NCBI GenBank assembly: GCA_951406725.2
Contig: OX597823.1
Coordinates: 7,750,001-7,814,000 of the forward strand
Direction: 5' to 3'
Origin: Octopus vulgaris
Lineage: Eukaryota
DNA length: 64,000 nt
This document shows positions 12,154 to 24,349 of the stretch, one piece after another. Under the pieces are notes generated by a model. That model searched no databases. It saw nothing but the letters and a program-made list of their open reading frames with translations, and was not told where the DNA came from. Numbering within the stretch: position 1 is the first letter of the stretch; every line of letters begins with the position of its first letter. Made by a program: the position numbers and the translations under genes.

Positions 12154-12710
12154 TTGGGTTGTCTGGAAAGTTTGTGCCAATTTATAGTAGCTTACCTTCT
12201 GACTTATTTTAGAACATGTTTGAGTCCATAAAATAGGATTTGACTACACCTCCATTTAGAGCGCAGTTTAAGCTATCTTTTCATGGAAGAAGGTTTTTAT
12301 GTTCCTATAACCTGTGTTGATTCTGTAACCCTTTAAAATGGAAGATAAGAAAGTTCATTTTCGGCACTTGATGCTTTGGGAACCAGACAAAAATTGCTGG
12401 GATGCATAACCCCACCCTCCATATTCACCAGATATTGCTCCTTTGGATTTCCACTTATTCAAGTCTCTGCTGAATAGTCTTAATGGTAAAACTTTCAATT
12501 CTTTGGATGATGTAAAAAGATACCTTGATGAATTCTTTGCCATGAAACCACCTCAATTCTGGGAAGAGGGTATTTTCAAGTTAAAGGGAAGATGGAGACG
12601 CATTGTGCAACAAAATGGTTCATATTTGGTTGATTAAAAATGTAATGGCAAGTATTTATTGACCTTTATCTTTCCTTTAAAAATCAGGACGAACTTTCAA
12701 GACAACCCAA
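12154..12710 (+). mobile_element. Internally deleted mariner
   Basis: TA-flanked TIRs ttgggttgtct / agacaacccaa; N-terminal MEDKKVHFRHLMLWE joined to the C-terminal PPYSPDIAPLDFHLF. Confidence 0.88.
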
Positions 12711-12769
12711 TAGAATCAATAAAGTTTAGTAAGGAAATAGTGACAGAAAATAAAAAAAATAATAACAGA

Positions 12770-14720
12770 TTATAGGGAAACCTAGTTAGAAACTTTGAAG
12801 AGGCACACAGGAAAAGCATTGCAACTAATGTGCTAGTGGCAAGATTAGCCCTTGACCAAATCTTGGCATTCATCAATTTGGAGAAATCTTTTGACAAGGT
12901 ACCTTGCTCCCTTATCTGGTAGTCATTGCAGAAGCTAGGAGTTGATGAATAGCTAGAGAGAGCAGTTCAACCCATGTACAAGGACACTGTCAATAAAGTG
13001 AGAGTTAACAATAAGTACGGTGATGAATTTAGTGTGTAGATAGTTCATCAGGGCTCAGTTACCAGGCCCCTCCTAAATATCATAGTGCTCCAAGCCATAA
13101 CAGAGGGATTTAAGAGCAGTTACCCATAGGAACTCCTCTTTGCTGATGACTTTGTTCTTGCAGCTGAAACTCTTGTAGAAATGGAAATGAAATTCCAGGT
13201 GTTGAAGCAAAACTTGGAGTCAAAGGGTCTTAATTTTAACTTAGCAAAGACCAAAGTACTAGTTAGCAGGAAAACAGATATGAGACAAATCCCTTTGGGT
13301 CAATGACTCTGTTTGATATGTATAAGTATTGGTAGAAATTCTACATGGTGTAATTTATGGATACACAAGAAGTGCAGTGGAATCACAGGAAGGTTAACAG
13401 AGGAAGTAGACACTAAGAACACATGGGAAATAGATTTTCTGCAATGCCTAAGAGGACACCTAGATGTGGTAGATAGTTTCTGCTATCGAAATGATGTAAT
13501 TAGCAGTAGAGGAAGATGCTGTCAAAGTATAGTTGCTAGAAAAAGAAGTAGCTGAAGAAATTTCAGATAATTCTTATCTCTGTTGGTAACAAAATTTCTC
13601 TCTTTCAGAGTGAAAGGCCAATTGTATGATGCTTATGTACAAAAAGTAATGCTAGATGGCTGGGAAACATGGGTTAGGAATGTAGAGGACATGCAAAGAC
13701 TGGAAAGAAATGAAGCTAGCATGCTCTGATAATTATGCAATGTCAGTGTTCATGTATGACATAATACCGATGTGTTGAGAGAAAAATTGGGCACAAGAAG
13801 AATCAGATTTGGTGCATAGGAGAGAAAACTGTGCTAGTGTGGTCATGGGATGTGGATACATGAGAATAGCTGTGTAAAGAAATGATTATAAGAAGATCAT
13901 TAAACATGGAAGGAACCTTTGGAAAAAGGAGACCCCAGAAGATGTGCAATGAAATGGTGAAAACTGACCTCAAGATGTTGAGCCTCCTGGAAGAGATGAT
14001 GGGAACTGTGATGAATGGTGATTGGCTCTGCTTGGGAAAACCTGACCATCTCAGCAAAACTGAGTTTTATCCAGCCTTTCCCCACAACTCATCTTCTAAC
14101 ACCCATTTCTTTATTAATCTTCTGTGGTATTACTCATTCAGGTACTGTAAATGATACCTCTTATTCCCTTGCACTTTACATTGAATCCCTACTACTCTCC
14201 ATTATCATCGTCTTCCTTGTTGACCACTTATTTTCTTCCTTCAAATCTCTCATAAGTAATATTCACTGCATCTAACTCAATCCGCATCTCTAATGATTTA
14301 TCTCACTGTTTTGACTCTAGAACACTTACCTACCCACCCACACTTTCTGTCCCCTCTATCCTATTCTCTCTTTCATGTTCACCTTGTACCTTGACCCCAC
14401 TTCTCTCTCTCTCTCTCTCTTTCCAGATGGGGAAGCTATGTATTGATGTCTTCAGTAAGGTACCTGCTCCTGTCCCTCTCCCTCTATCATATTTTCATAT
14501 TCCTCAAATACTATACCATACTCAGTTGAGAATGGGGTCTTGTCTCACGGGTACTCAATGATCTCACTAGTGCTGCTGCCTTAAAATATGTACCCAGTAC
14601 ACACTATGAAGTGGTTGGCATTAGGAAGAGCATCCAGCATCAGAAACCATGCTGAAGCAGATATTGGAGCATGGCACGGCTCTCTGGTTTATCAGTTCAT
14701 GTTGAATCATCGAACTCATG
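12770..14720 (+). mobile_element. Degenerate RTE-clade LINE (RT domain to 3' UTR)
   Basis: AFINLEKSFDKVP, VHQGS, ELLFADD and C-terminal GKRRPQK, with many stops; ends in a diverged copy of the tail core. Confidence 0.85.
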
Positions 14721-14804
14721 CTGGTATAGCTTCATTAAGCGATACACACAAAAATCAACTGGGAACAAGAGGAGTGTGTTGGCATAATATTTATTTTATT
14801 TCAT

Positions 14805-15130
14805 ACCTGTGCCGGTGGCACGTAAAAAGCACCATCCGAACGTGGCCGATGCCAACGCCGCCTTGGCTGGCTTCCGTGCCGGTGGCACGTTAAAAGCACC
14901 AACCGATCGTGGCCGATGCCAGACCCTCCTGGCACCTGTGCAGGTGGCACGTAAAAAGCACCCACTACACTCGCGGAGTGGTTGGCGTTAGGAAGGGCAT
15001 CCAGCTGTAGAAACACTGCCAGATCAGACTGGAGCCTGGTGCAGCCCCTGGCTTCCCAGACCCCAGTCGAACCGTCCAACCCGTGCTAGCGCGGAAAACG
15101 GACATTAAACGATGATGATGATGATGATGA
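14805..15130 (+). mobile_element. Young RTE 3' tail
   Basis: CpG-intact family core plus (GAT)n. Confidence 0.82.
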
Positions 15131-15430
15131 TTCAGTTATACACCGTGAGGGTGAATGCAATCAGACATCTAAAGTCTCTGACTAAAGTCCTACCTAACCA
15201 GTATTCCCTTCACTGCAGACCAATTCCCTAGCTAGCCAGTGAAGTCCCTGTCAACAGTTCATATGTTATCAGTCCTTAGGCAGTGCCCTACACTTGCATG
15301 GAAAAAAGGATATAAATGATAATATACATATTTATATACAGTAATAGTAAGGTATTTGGTCTGCTCTGAGCACTAATTGTCTGCATCACTTAAATACCCT
15401 TTGACATATTCTTATCTAGCATATGCACAC

Positions 15431-15795
15431 ATCATCATCATCATCGTTTAGCGTCCGTTCTCCATGCTAGCATGGGTTGGACGGTTCGACCGGGGATCTG
15501 TGAAGCCAGAAGGCTGCATCAGGCTCCAGTCTGATTTGGCAGTGTTTCTACAGCTGGATACCCTTCCTAACGCCAACCACTCTGTGAGTGTAGTGGGTGC
15601 TTTTTACGTGCCACCCGCACAGGTGCCAGACGGAGCTGGCAAACGGCCACGGACGGAAGGTGCTTTTTACGTGCCACCGGCACGGGGGCCAGGCGAGGCT
15701 GGCAAACGGCCACGGACGGATGGTGCTATTTATGTGCCACCGGCATGGGGGCCAGGCGAGACTGGCAATGGCCATGAACGGATGGTGCTTTTTAC
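15431..15795 (-). mobile_element. Young RTE 3' tail
   Basis: (CAT)n plus core plus tandem units. Confidence 0.82.
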
Positions 15796-15994
15796 CATGA
15801 TAGATCTTTTTAATCATGATAGATCTTCAATAAACTTATATCTGTCTGCATGTGTGTGTGTGCATCTTTATAAGTGGTATCAGAGATCAATGTATTACAC
15901 ATAATATATAAAACAACTTAAAGAGAAATTTAGTCAACATATCTGTGTATTTACTCTTATGCCAAATAAAAATGAGAAAAAAAAGGTCTCTTAC

Positions 15995-16075
15995 TTGTTT
16001 CCATCCCACAGCAAATTTATATTTCCAGTCATCATGTTCAGCTTGATAAAAATTACTCCCACAAAACACTGCCAT
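15995..16075 (-). CDS. TMEM241: TMEM241-like coding exon 3 (WQCFVGVIFIKLNMMTGNINLLWDGN)
   Basis: tttcatcag / gtaaga, 81 bp, phase 2/2; splicing completes the conserved FQGWQ motif. Confidence 0.85.
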
Positions 16076-17163
16076 CTGATGAAATAAATATGGATACTGG
16101 CCTAGAAACATACATTAAGAACTACAGGAGGCATATATATTCAACAAATATTTAGAAATTGTTAACAAACACAACACATTTTAAACACAAACCTTTTAAG
16201 ATATACAACACCATATTGTAGATGGCTAACTGTTTGTGAGGTTATCCAGCATACATCTTGACTATAAAACCTCTAAGATCTATAATGTTTTTCATGGAGT
16301 ACTATAAGGTTTGTTCATTTGGTCTTTAGTCTACACGTTTATGACCTTCTTTACTACCTCACATACTACAAATCTGGTATATCTTAATAATACTCTTTCC
16401 ACTACATCTTAGACATTTTTATAAAACAACTGATACATTTACAGTTTAAAAGCACAATTCTTCATGAACACATCAATCTTGCTCGTTAGATCGTTTTTTT
16501 AAAAGATTAGCCAGAGGTGGGGACAGTGCCTGAAGCTTTTACAATATTTTTTGATTCTAAAGAAGAATTTTTATCTTTAAGATGCAGTTTTGATAATATA
16601 ATGCATGGGAGGTAATCATGATAGATCTTCAATAATTATTTGATGTGACTTAGAGGGTTTTAATTATAAAGCATTCTTGTGTAGAGAGGGTAATGTCAAG
16701 GTGGACTGTCTCTTTGATGCACAAAGAGATTGGAATTTCGGGGGGGGGGGTCTCTTTTTTTCCACTACTGAAAAAGATGTGGCTGTCATGTTCCCACTAA
16801 ACTATTTTCTTAAGCTCTGTGTTCATTCAAATAGCTTAGATTAAATATAAGGTATTTAAAACACATATAGATGATGTCAGTGTGAGGAAGTTTGAAGTAC
16901 AAAGAAAATTATCATCTTCATCAGGGTGTGTTGTTGGAAACAAAGTAACATGGTATTTAATTACATTCTTTTATTTTGAGATGAAATCCTCCCAAAGTTA
17001 ATATTGATTTTCATCTTTCTAGTTACAACAAAATAATTACTAAAATAAGTCCTTAGATCAATACCCACCAATTATGTCTGACCTTGTGCAATGCTAGAAA
17101 TAGTTATTTTAATTATAATCAGACCCAAATATGTAAATATAAATTGGTGTAGCAAATACTTAC

Positions 17164-17210
17164 CCTTGAAAAATAGTAGGATGAGTAAATTTTAAGACAG
17201 ATAAAACATA
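17164..17210 (-). CDS. TMEM241: TMEM241-like coding exon 2 (YVLSVLKFTHPTIFQG)
   Basis: ttctttacag / gtaagt, 47 bp; nearly identical to human YVLSVLKFTYPTLFQG as recalled. Confidence 0.92.
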
Positions 17211-17475
17211 CTGTAAAGAAGAAAAATATTCTTTATTAACGACATAGTTCTAGATGAAGATGAAAATGAGAGAAACTAGGGAAAATTGTTAGGTAATGTG
17301 TGATAATAAAACAGTATGTTATTAAGTAAATTAGCAGATAATAAAGAAGTAAATTTGCTTAAATATACTTAATTAAAGCCATGAGAATAGTCTGGGGCAT
17401 AAAAATGAAGTCTAAAAATGAAGCATAAAAATGAAGTACAGACTAGATTAAGAAAAGTTAATATTATAAATGTGA

Positions 17476-17695
17476 TAAAGGCAGTGAGTTGGTGGAAATG
17501 TTATCTTCACTGAACAAAATGCTTAGTGGCATTTTTTCCAATTTTACATTCAGAGTTCAAATGCCATCAGGGTTAACTTTGCCTTTCATCTTTTTGGGGT
17601 CAATAAAATAAGTAGTAATTGTGCACTAAGGTCAATGTAATCGACTTAACTCCCACCCCAAAATTTCTGGCCTTGTGCCAACATTTGAAACCATT
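17476..17695 (+). mobile_element. SINE family B, diverged
   Basis: aaggcagtgagttgg head; gagttcaaat...ctttgcctttcatc...gtcaataaaataagta. Confidence 0.65.
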
Positions 17696-18042
17696 GTTAT
17701 AAATGAGACAATTACAAATGTAAATTAAAGGTAGTATATATATTTAATGAACTCGAGCTTTCCACATATTCAGTTTTATTGGGTGACAAACTTCTTTTTC
17801 AATAAAAACAGTTAAAAGATACCAGAACTCATCTGTTACATTGGCTATCCTAAGTCACTAGGTTGGAATTCTGTTGGAAAATTTTAGTTTTTATGACAAA
17901 TGTCATGTCTATTTGAATCTATATGTTACATAGTATAGAGAAAATGTGCTAAAACAATGGAAAACTGGATGTCATCCAACTGGGCTCTCAAAGCCACTCA
18001 CCTGATGACATGTGGATACACAGCTGCTGCTGCTGGATCATA

Positions 18043-18440
18043 TCTTTATATATAAAAGAGAGGTTGTGTGCTGTCTGTCTCCTACGATTTAGATTCCTAA
18101 CTACTCCCACATTTTGCGGTGCAGTTTAACCAAAACTGGGTATCTTATAGTCGTGATTCATATCGAGCCCTTCTGGGTATTAGCGTGCGCCTACGATGAG
18201 TCAACGATTTAAAAAAAAATTTACCATCAATTTTTCCCATTTTTAATGCATTTTTGGCATATATAAGGGAAGTAACTCTCTAAAAAGTTATTAAATCTCA
18301 GAACGTAAAAAGCTACAGTAACACCCCCCCTTTCCTTTGTGGTTAGCCATATTGAGATGGCTGTTATACTTTACATCTCTAAAAATGCTTATATAGTTAT
18401 TTCCCTTACAAACCCGAGTAACGCCGGGCGATACTGCTAG
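18043..18440 (+). mobile_element. Non-autonomous Helitron, copy 3
   Basis: A|TC...cccgagtaacgccggg...CTAG|T; same variant as copy 1. Confidence 0.85.
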
Positions 18441-18834
18441 TATATATATATATAATATTTATGTAAAAGTATGATATGGAAAAATTAGCAACTAACAGCT
18501 GTTACCAATCCACAGAAACAATTGTTGTGATTAGTGATTAAAGCTAGTTCATTCCATTTTCTTGTTTTGTAAATTTATGTGTGTGTCACTGTCATCCATA
18601 CATACAGGCTGGTCCTTTGCAGGTGCCAGTACCACATAAAATGCACTCGTGCCAGTGTTGTGTAAATACACCTGTGCAGTTGGCATATAAAAAGCACCCA
18701 ACACACTCTGTAAAGTGGTTGGTATTAAGAAGGGCATCCAGTCATAGAAACCATGCCACAACAGACAACTGGAGCCTGGCCAGCCCCATGGCAAGCTGTA
18801 GAACCCATATAAGCATGGAAATTTTTTTTTTTCT

Positions 18835-19150
18835 ACTCAAGGCACAAGGCCCGAAATTTTGGGCGAGGGGGCCAGTCGATTAGATCGATCCCAGTACGCA
18901 ACTGGTACTTAATTTATCTATTTCTTTACTACCCACAAGGGGCTAAACACAGAGGGGACAAACAAAGACAGACAAAGAGTTTAAGTCGATTACATCGACC
19001 CCAGTGCGTAACAGGTACTTAATTTATCGACCCTGAAAGGATGAAAGGCAAAGTCAACCTCGGCAGAATTTGAACTCACAACGTAATGACAGACAAAATA
19101 CCGCTAATCATTTCGCCCGTACTAACATTTCTGCCAGCTCGCCACCTTAA
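18835..19150 (-). mobile_element. SINE family B
   Basis: Reverse complement of the 42722-42962 unit, with extra 3' sequence. Confidence 0.75.
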
Positions 19151-19412
19151 AATAAGCATATATGGTAAGAATTTTTGAGATAAATTTTGATGACAAATGG
19201 ACATATGATAATGATTATCCAATATATATATATACACACAGAGAAAGAGAAATTGAGAAAGGGAAGTGAGAAGTTTCCACGTAATGAATTCAAAAACAAA
19301 GCCACATAATGTGCTTGACCCCTATTTTGTATTTTTCTTCAATCAGAATGAATCTATAAATATTTGAATTTTATGCATATTTTCAAAAGATTTGAAGAGA
19401 AAAAGTTCTTAC

Positions 19413-19493
19413 CTTGTTTACATAACAAGTTGCAATGAAAAGTAGACAGAATAGAATGCACTGAAGATATACATTCAGTTGCTTAAATATCAT
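19413..19493 (-). CDS. TMEM241: TMEM241-like first coding exon (MIFKQLNVYLQCILFCLLFIATCYVNK); acceptor just upstream of 19514
   Basis: ATG at 19493, gtaaga donor, phase 0; aligns with the FCTCYLASYLTNK N-terminus as recalled. Confidence 0.85.
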
Positions 19494-19735
19494 GATTGTA
19501 TAATGGAAACAAAGCTAAAACAAAAAAAAAAAAAGGAATTTTATTTAGGCAAAAAATAAAATGAATAATGATCAACAAAAAAAATTATATGGTATGAATT
19601 TTAAAGATAAATTTTGATAATTTTATGTTGTGTATAGGGATATTTGTCAATCATCTTCAACACAGGTTTTTAATTAGTCTGTTTAGTATGCATGTTTAAA
19701 GTAGTTCTAATTTTAGATATAGACAAGGGAATATA

Positions 19736-20136
19736 TCTTTATATATAAAAGTGTGGTTGTGTGCTGTCTGTCTCCTACGATTTAGATTCCTAACTACTCC
19801 CACATTTTGCGATGCAGTTTAACCAAAACCGGGTATCTTATAGTCGTCATTCATATCGAGCCCTTCTGGGTATTAGCGCGCGTCTACGATGAGTCTACGA
19901 TTTTAAAAATAATTTACCATCATTTTTTTCCATTTTAATGCATTTTTTCGCTATTATATAAGGGAAGTAACTCTCTAAAAATGTCTACGATGAGTCAACG
20001 ATTTTTAAAAAAATTTACCATCATTTTTTTTCCATCTTTAATGCATTTTTTTGCTATTTTTTGGCTATAACTCTCTAAAAATGCCTATATAGTTATTTCC
20101 CTTACAAATCCGAGCAACGCCAGGCGATACTGCTAG
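19736..20136 (+). mobile_element. Non-autonomous Helitron, copy 4
   Basis: A|TC...CTAG|T; same duplication variant as copy 2. Confidence 0.85.
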
Positions 20137-20299
20137 TTGTAAATATAGATAATATGTTACTGATATTGTATAAATATATGGGTGCAACTACTTAACCTAG
20201 TGGTTAAGGTGTTGCACTCAGGATTGCCAGATTGTTGGTTCAATTCCCATACTAGGTAGTGTGTTTTGTTCTTCAGCATAACACTTCATTTCATTTCAC

Positions 20300-21076
20300 A
20301 TTGTTCTAGTGCTGTGTGGGTATTGGCATGCCAACCATTGTTCTAGTGCTGTGTGGGTATTGGCATGCCAACCATTGTTCTAGTGCTGTGTGGGTATTGG
20401 CATGCCAACCATTGTTCTAGCGCTGTGTGGGTATTGGCATGCCAACCATTGTTCTAGTGCTGTGTGGGTATTGGCATGCCAACCATTGTTCTAGTGCTGT
20501 GTGGGTATTGGCATGCCAACCATTGTTCTAGTGCTGTGTGGGTATTGGCATGCCAACCATTGTTCTAGTGCTGTGTGGGTATTGGCATGCCAACCATTGT
20601 TCTAGTGCTGTGTGGGTATTGGCATGCCAACCATTGTTCTAGTGCTGTGTGGGTATTGGCATGCCAACCATTGTTCTAGTGCTGTGTGGGTATCGGCATA
20701 CCAACCATTGTTCTAGTGCTGTGTGGGTATTGGCATGCCAACCATTGTTCTAGTGCTGTGTGGGTATTGGCATGCCAACCATTGTTCTAGTGCTGTGTGG
20801 GTATTGGCATGCCAACCATTGTTCTAGTGCTGTGTGGGTATTGGCATGCCAACCATTGTTCTAGTGCTGTGTGGGTATTGGCATGCCAACCATTGTTCTA
20901 GTGCTGTGTGGGTATTGGCATGCCAACCATTGTTCTAGTGCTGTGTGGGTATCGGCATGCCAACCATTGTTCTAGTGCTGTGTGGGTATCGGCATGCCAA
21001 CCATTGTTCTAGTGCTGTGTGGGTATTGGCATGCCAACCATTGTTCTAGTGCTGTGTGGGTATTGGCATGCCAACC
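20300..21076. repeat. Minisatellite, 21 x 37 bp (attgttctagtgctgtgtgggtattggcatgccaacc)
   Basis: 777 bp = 21 x 37; only a few variant bases; each unit contains the palindrome TTGGCATGCCAA. Confidence 0.97.
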
Positions 21077-21368
21077 ATTAGACCCAACGTTTCCACTGCA
21101 TGTTGTGAAAGGTGACTAAAAGAGGTTGATTTGCACTCTGACCTCGTAAAACACTCATAGCAATGGCTTTCCAAATAGACCTATGGGTTGAAGAGTTAGT
21201 ACCTGAATGGTGCAAAGGTGGCATCTACCAGAAGCAGGAAATCACCAACAAATAGTGGATGCAGTAATGTACTATTACAGTGCATGCACCCATACTACTG
21301 CTTACATTGATATTGAATCTTTTGCCTAAACAAAATTTTGGCTAGTAATTAATATTTCTACATGTTAA

Positions 21369-21580
21369 CCCTTTTGTTACTAACCCGGCCAAAACCGGCT
21401 CTGTGGTAAAATGTCTTGTTTTCATAAGTTTTGAATTAAAATATTCCACCAAGCCTTAGTCACAATTTACGTTCCTAACACTAGCTGAATGATAACTAAG
21501 TTATTTTACTAAATTCTTTGTTATATTCAAAATAATTGAAAGAAACACAGCATCTCAAAATAAATACAGTAACAAAAGGG
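21369..21580. mobile_element. piggyBac-type MITE
   Basis: TTAA on both sides, TIR CCCTTTTGTTACT / AGTAACAAAAGGG; an inverted copy lies at 61483-61702. Confidence 0.85.
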
Positions 21581-22018
21581 TTAAAGCTACCAGTGGCATA
21601 GTGGGGAGGGGGATTGGCAGCACTGTGAGGTAACCAAACTGGCCACTCCCTTTCTTAAATGTAAACAGCAAAATACACACACGTGAGCAAACCCAGCCAG
21701 TCTAACACACACACACACACACACTTGTGCTATGTCACTGAAAGCAACAGAAACTACACTGACCAGTGCTGTGAAATAAAATTGTTTCTGATTTAGGCAC
21801 GAGGCCTGCAATATTGAGAAGAGAGAGATAGTCAATACCATTGTCTATCATTGTCCTCAGTAATTTATTGGTACTTTATGTTATCAATCCTGGAGAAATA
21901 TAAGCGATGTCGACCTTGAAAGGATCTGAACTTGGAAAGCAAAGATCTAGAAGAAATACCACAAGGCATTTTGCCCAAAACTTTTAATGGCTCTACCAAA
22001 CAATTTCTACTACATAGT

Positions 22019-22052
<34 letters not shown>

Positions 22053-22244
22053 TTTCTAATAGAGGCATAAAGCAATCAATTTAGAGTAAGGGAACAGTTA
22101 TGTCAACCTCAAAAAGATGAAAGGCAAAGTTGAGCCCAATGAGTTTTGAGCCAAAAATTAAAGGGGTCTAAGTAAAAGCTGCAGAGCAATCTGTCAACTA
22201 CTTTACTAATTCTATTATCAACTATCATTTAATAATAATAGTAA

Positions 22245-22475
22245 TATATTTCTTTACTACCCACAAGGGGCTAAACACAGAGGGGACAAACAAGGACATA
22301 CAAACGGATTAAGTCAATTACATCAACCCCAGTGTGTAACTGGTACTTAATTTATCGACCCCGAAAGGATGAAAGGCAAAGTCGACCTCGGCGGAATTTG
22401 AACTCAGATCGTAGCGGCAGACGAAGTACAGCTACGCATTTCGCTCAGCGTGCTAACGTTTCTGCCAGCTCACCA
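22245..22475 (-). mobile_element. SINE family B
   Basis: Reverse complement of the 42722-42962 unit. Confidence 0.8.
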
Positions 22476-22489
22476 TGGCAGAATAATAA

Positions 22490-22985
22490 TCATCATCATC
22501 ATCAGTTAGCGTCCGCTTTCCATGCTGGCATGGGTTGGACGGTTCAACTGGGGTCTGGGAAGCCAGAAGGCTGCACCAGGCCCAGTCTGATCTGGCAGTG
22601 TTTCTACGGCTGGATGCCCTTCCTAACGCCAACCACTCTCCATGAGTGTAGTGGGTGCTTTTTACATGCCACCCATACAGGTGCCAGACGGAGCTGGCAA
22701 ACGGCCACAGACAGATGGTGCTTTTTACGTGCCACCGGCACGGGGGCCAGGCAAGGCTGGCAACGGCCACGATCGGATGGTGCTTTTTACGTGTCACCGG
22801 CACGGGGGCCAGGCGAGGATGGCAACGGTCATGAACGGATGGTGCTTTTTACATGCCACCGGCACGGAGGCCAGTCAGGGCAGTGCTGGCAACGGCCACA
22901 ATCGGATGGTTCAATAACTTGTCACCGGCACTGGTATCACAGCTGCAATTTCCATTGATGTTGATCGACTTCGATTTTGGTTCTG
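22490..22985 (-). mobile_element. RTE 3' tail with several tandem units
   Basis: Family core and units. Confidence 0.8.
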
Positions 22986-23290
22986 CTTTCTGATAATAAT
23001 AGTAATAATAATTATAATGTGTTTGCTTAAACATCAGTTACTCTCAGACAAACTAACAGTTGGCTGAACATGATCCCATCAGCAATGTCTATAATCTTTT
23101 GACTAAGCATAAGCATATACTAGAGAACACCAGCCACTTATAATTAAATAACAGGCATGTTTTTATGAAGCAAGATGAGAAATGGATAGGTATATTATAC
23201 CATCAACATATGAGTCTTCTGTCAGTAGAATTACCAAACAACTATCAAAATTGTCTAAAGCCAATGCAAGGTAGTTCATCGGTATTATTA

Positions 23291-23589
23291 TCTTTATATA
23301 TAAAAGTCAAGTTGTGTGTCTGTCTCCTACGATTTAGATTCCTAACTACTCCCACATTTTGCGGTGCAGTTTAACCAAAACCGGGTATCTTATAGTCGTG
23401 ATTCATATCGAGCCCTCCTGGGTATTAGCGCACGTCTACGATGAGTCTACAATTTAAAAAAACATTTACCATCATTTTTTTTTCATTTTTAATGCATTTT
23501 TTGCTATTATATAAGGGAAGTAACTCTCTAAAAATGCTTATATAGTTGTTTCCCTTACAAACCCGAGCAACGCCGGGTGATACTGCTAG
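23291..23589 (+). mobile_element. Non-autonomous Helitron, copy 5 (shortest variant)
   Basis: A|TC...cccgagcaacgccggg...CTAG|T. Confidence 0.85.
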
Positions 23590-23625
23590 TTGTTACTAAA
23601 AGAAAGCATATATAAGTGATATTAC

Positions 23626-23766
23626 CTTTCTCTCTTCATCTCAACAAAATTCCTTTGACTCAGGATTTCTGACACCACAAGTTGAAAGAAAGCATGCTTC
23701 TCCTACAGGTTATCATTTCCACTAATCACCGTTGAAGTTCTCAGTGGAATGGATATGGTTCTTTTG
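23626..23766 (-). other. Possible 5' leader exon of TMEM241
   Basis: catttcag acceptor and AAG|gtaat donor in non-repeat sequence; an in-frame stop prevents extension of the main ORF. Confidence 0.35.
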
Positions 23767-24349
23767 CTGAAATGTTGATAATGATTCAGGTGAGAACACA
23801 TTGCAAACATTTAAAACAAACACAAAAATCATCAGGTTTGCATTAACAAAGTTCTTATAGTAATTCTGTTGATTTTGTAAACAAAAATAATTACCTTAAA
23901 AAAAAATGTATAATAAATCAACTCAGAAAAATGAAAGGCAATATCAAACTCAGTAAGATATGTGTGTGTATTTTTGTGCCTGTGTTTCTCTCTGACCACC
24001 GATTGACAACCGGTGATGGTGTGTTTATGTTCCCGTAACTTATCAATTCAGCAAAAGAGACTGATAGAATAATACCAGACTTAAAAATAATTACTGAGGT
24101 TGATTTGTTCATCTAAAAATTCCTCAAGGTGGTGCTCCAGCATGACTGCAGTCAAATAACTAAAATAATGTAAAATTGATATATAATAACCTTGTAAAAT
24201 AGTTTAACCAATAAGGAAAAAGTAAAATTTGGGGGAGAAAAAAGTGGTGAGATTTACACAGAAAAGAACAGGGTCTACTTTGGTTCAGACCCCAAGTGTA
24301 GAAGGACTGGGATGAAATGGTGAGCAGGGTGGCTAATCTCACCTAGAAA

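Noticed and set aside
20300-21076. CRISPR array (37-bp repeats with dyad symmetry)
   Set aside because: Units are contiguous with no unique spacers, there are no cas genes, and the context is a eukaryotic intron.
22332-22958. 208-aa ORF and many similar ORFs (GAFYVPPA / CHRH repeats; also 28883-29386, 15464-15904, 62364-62786)
   Set aside because: Chance open frames through the GC-rich RTE 3' UTR and SINE repeats, appearing in several frames and on both strands.
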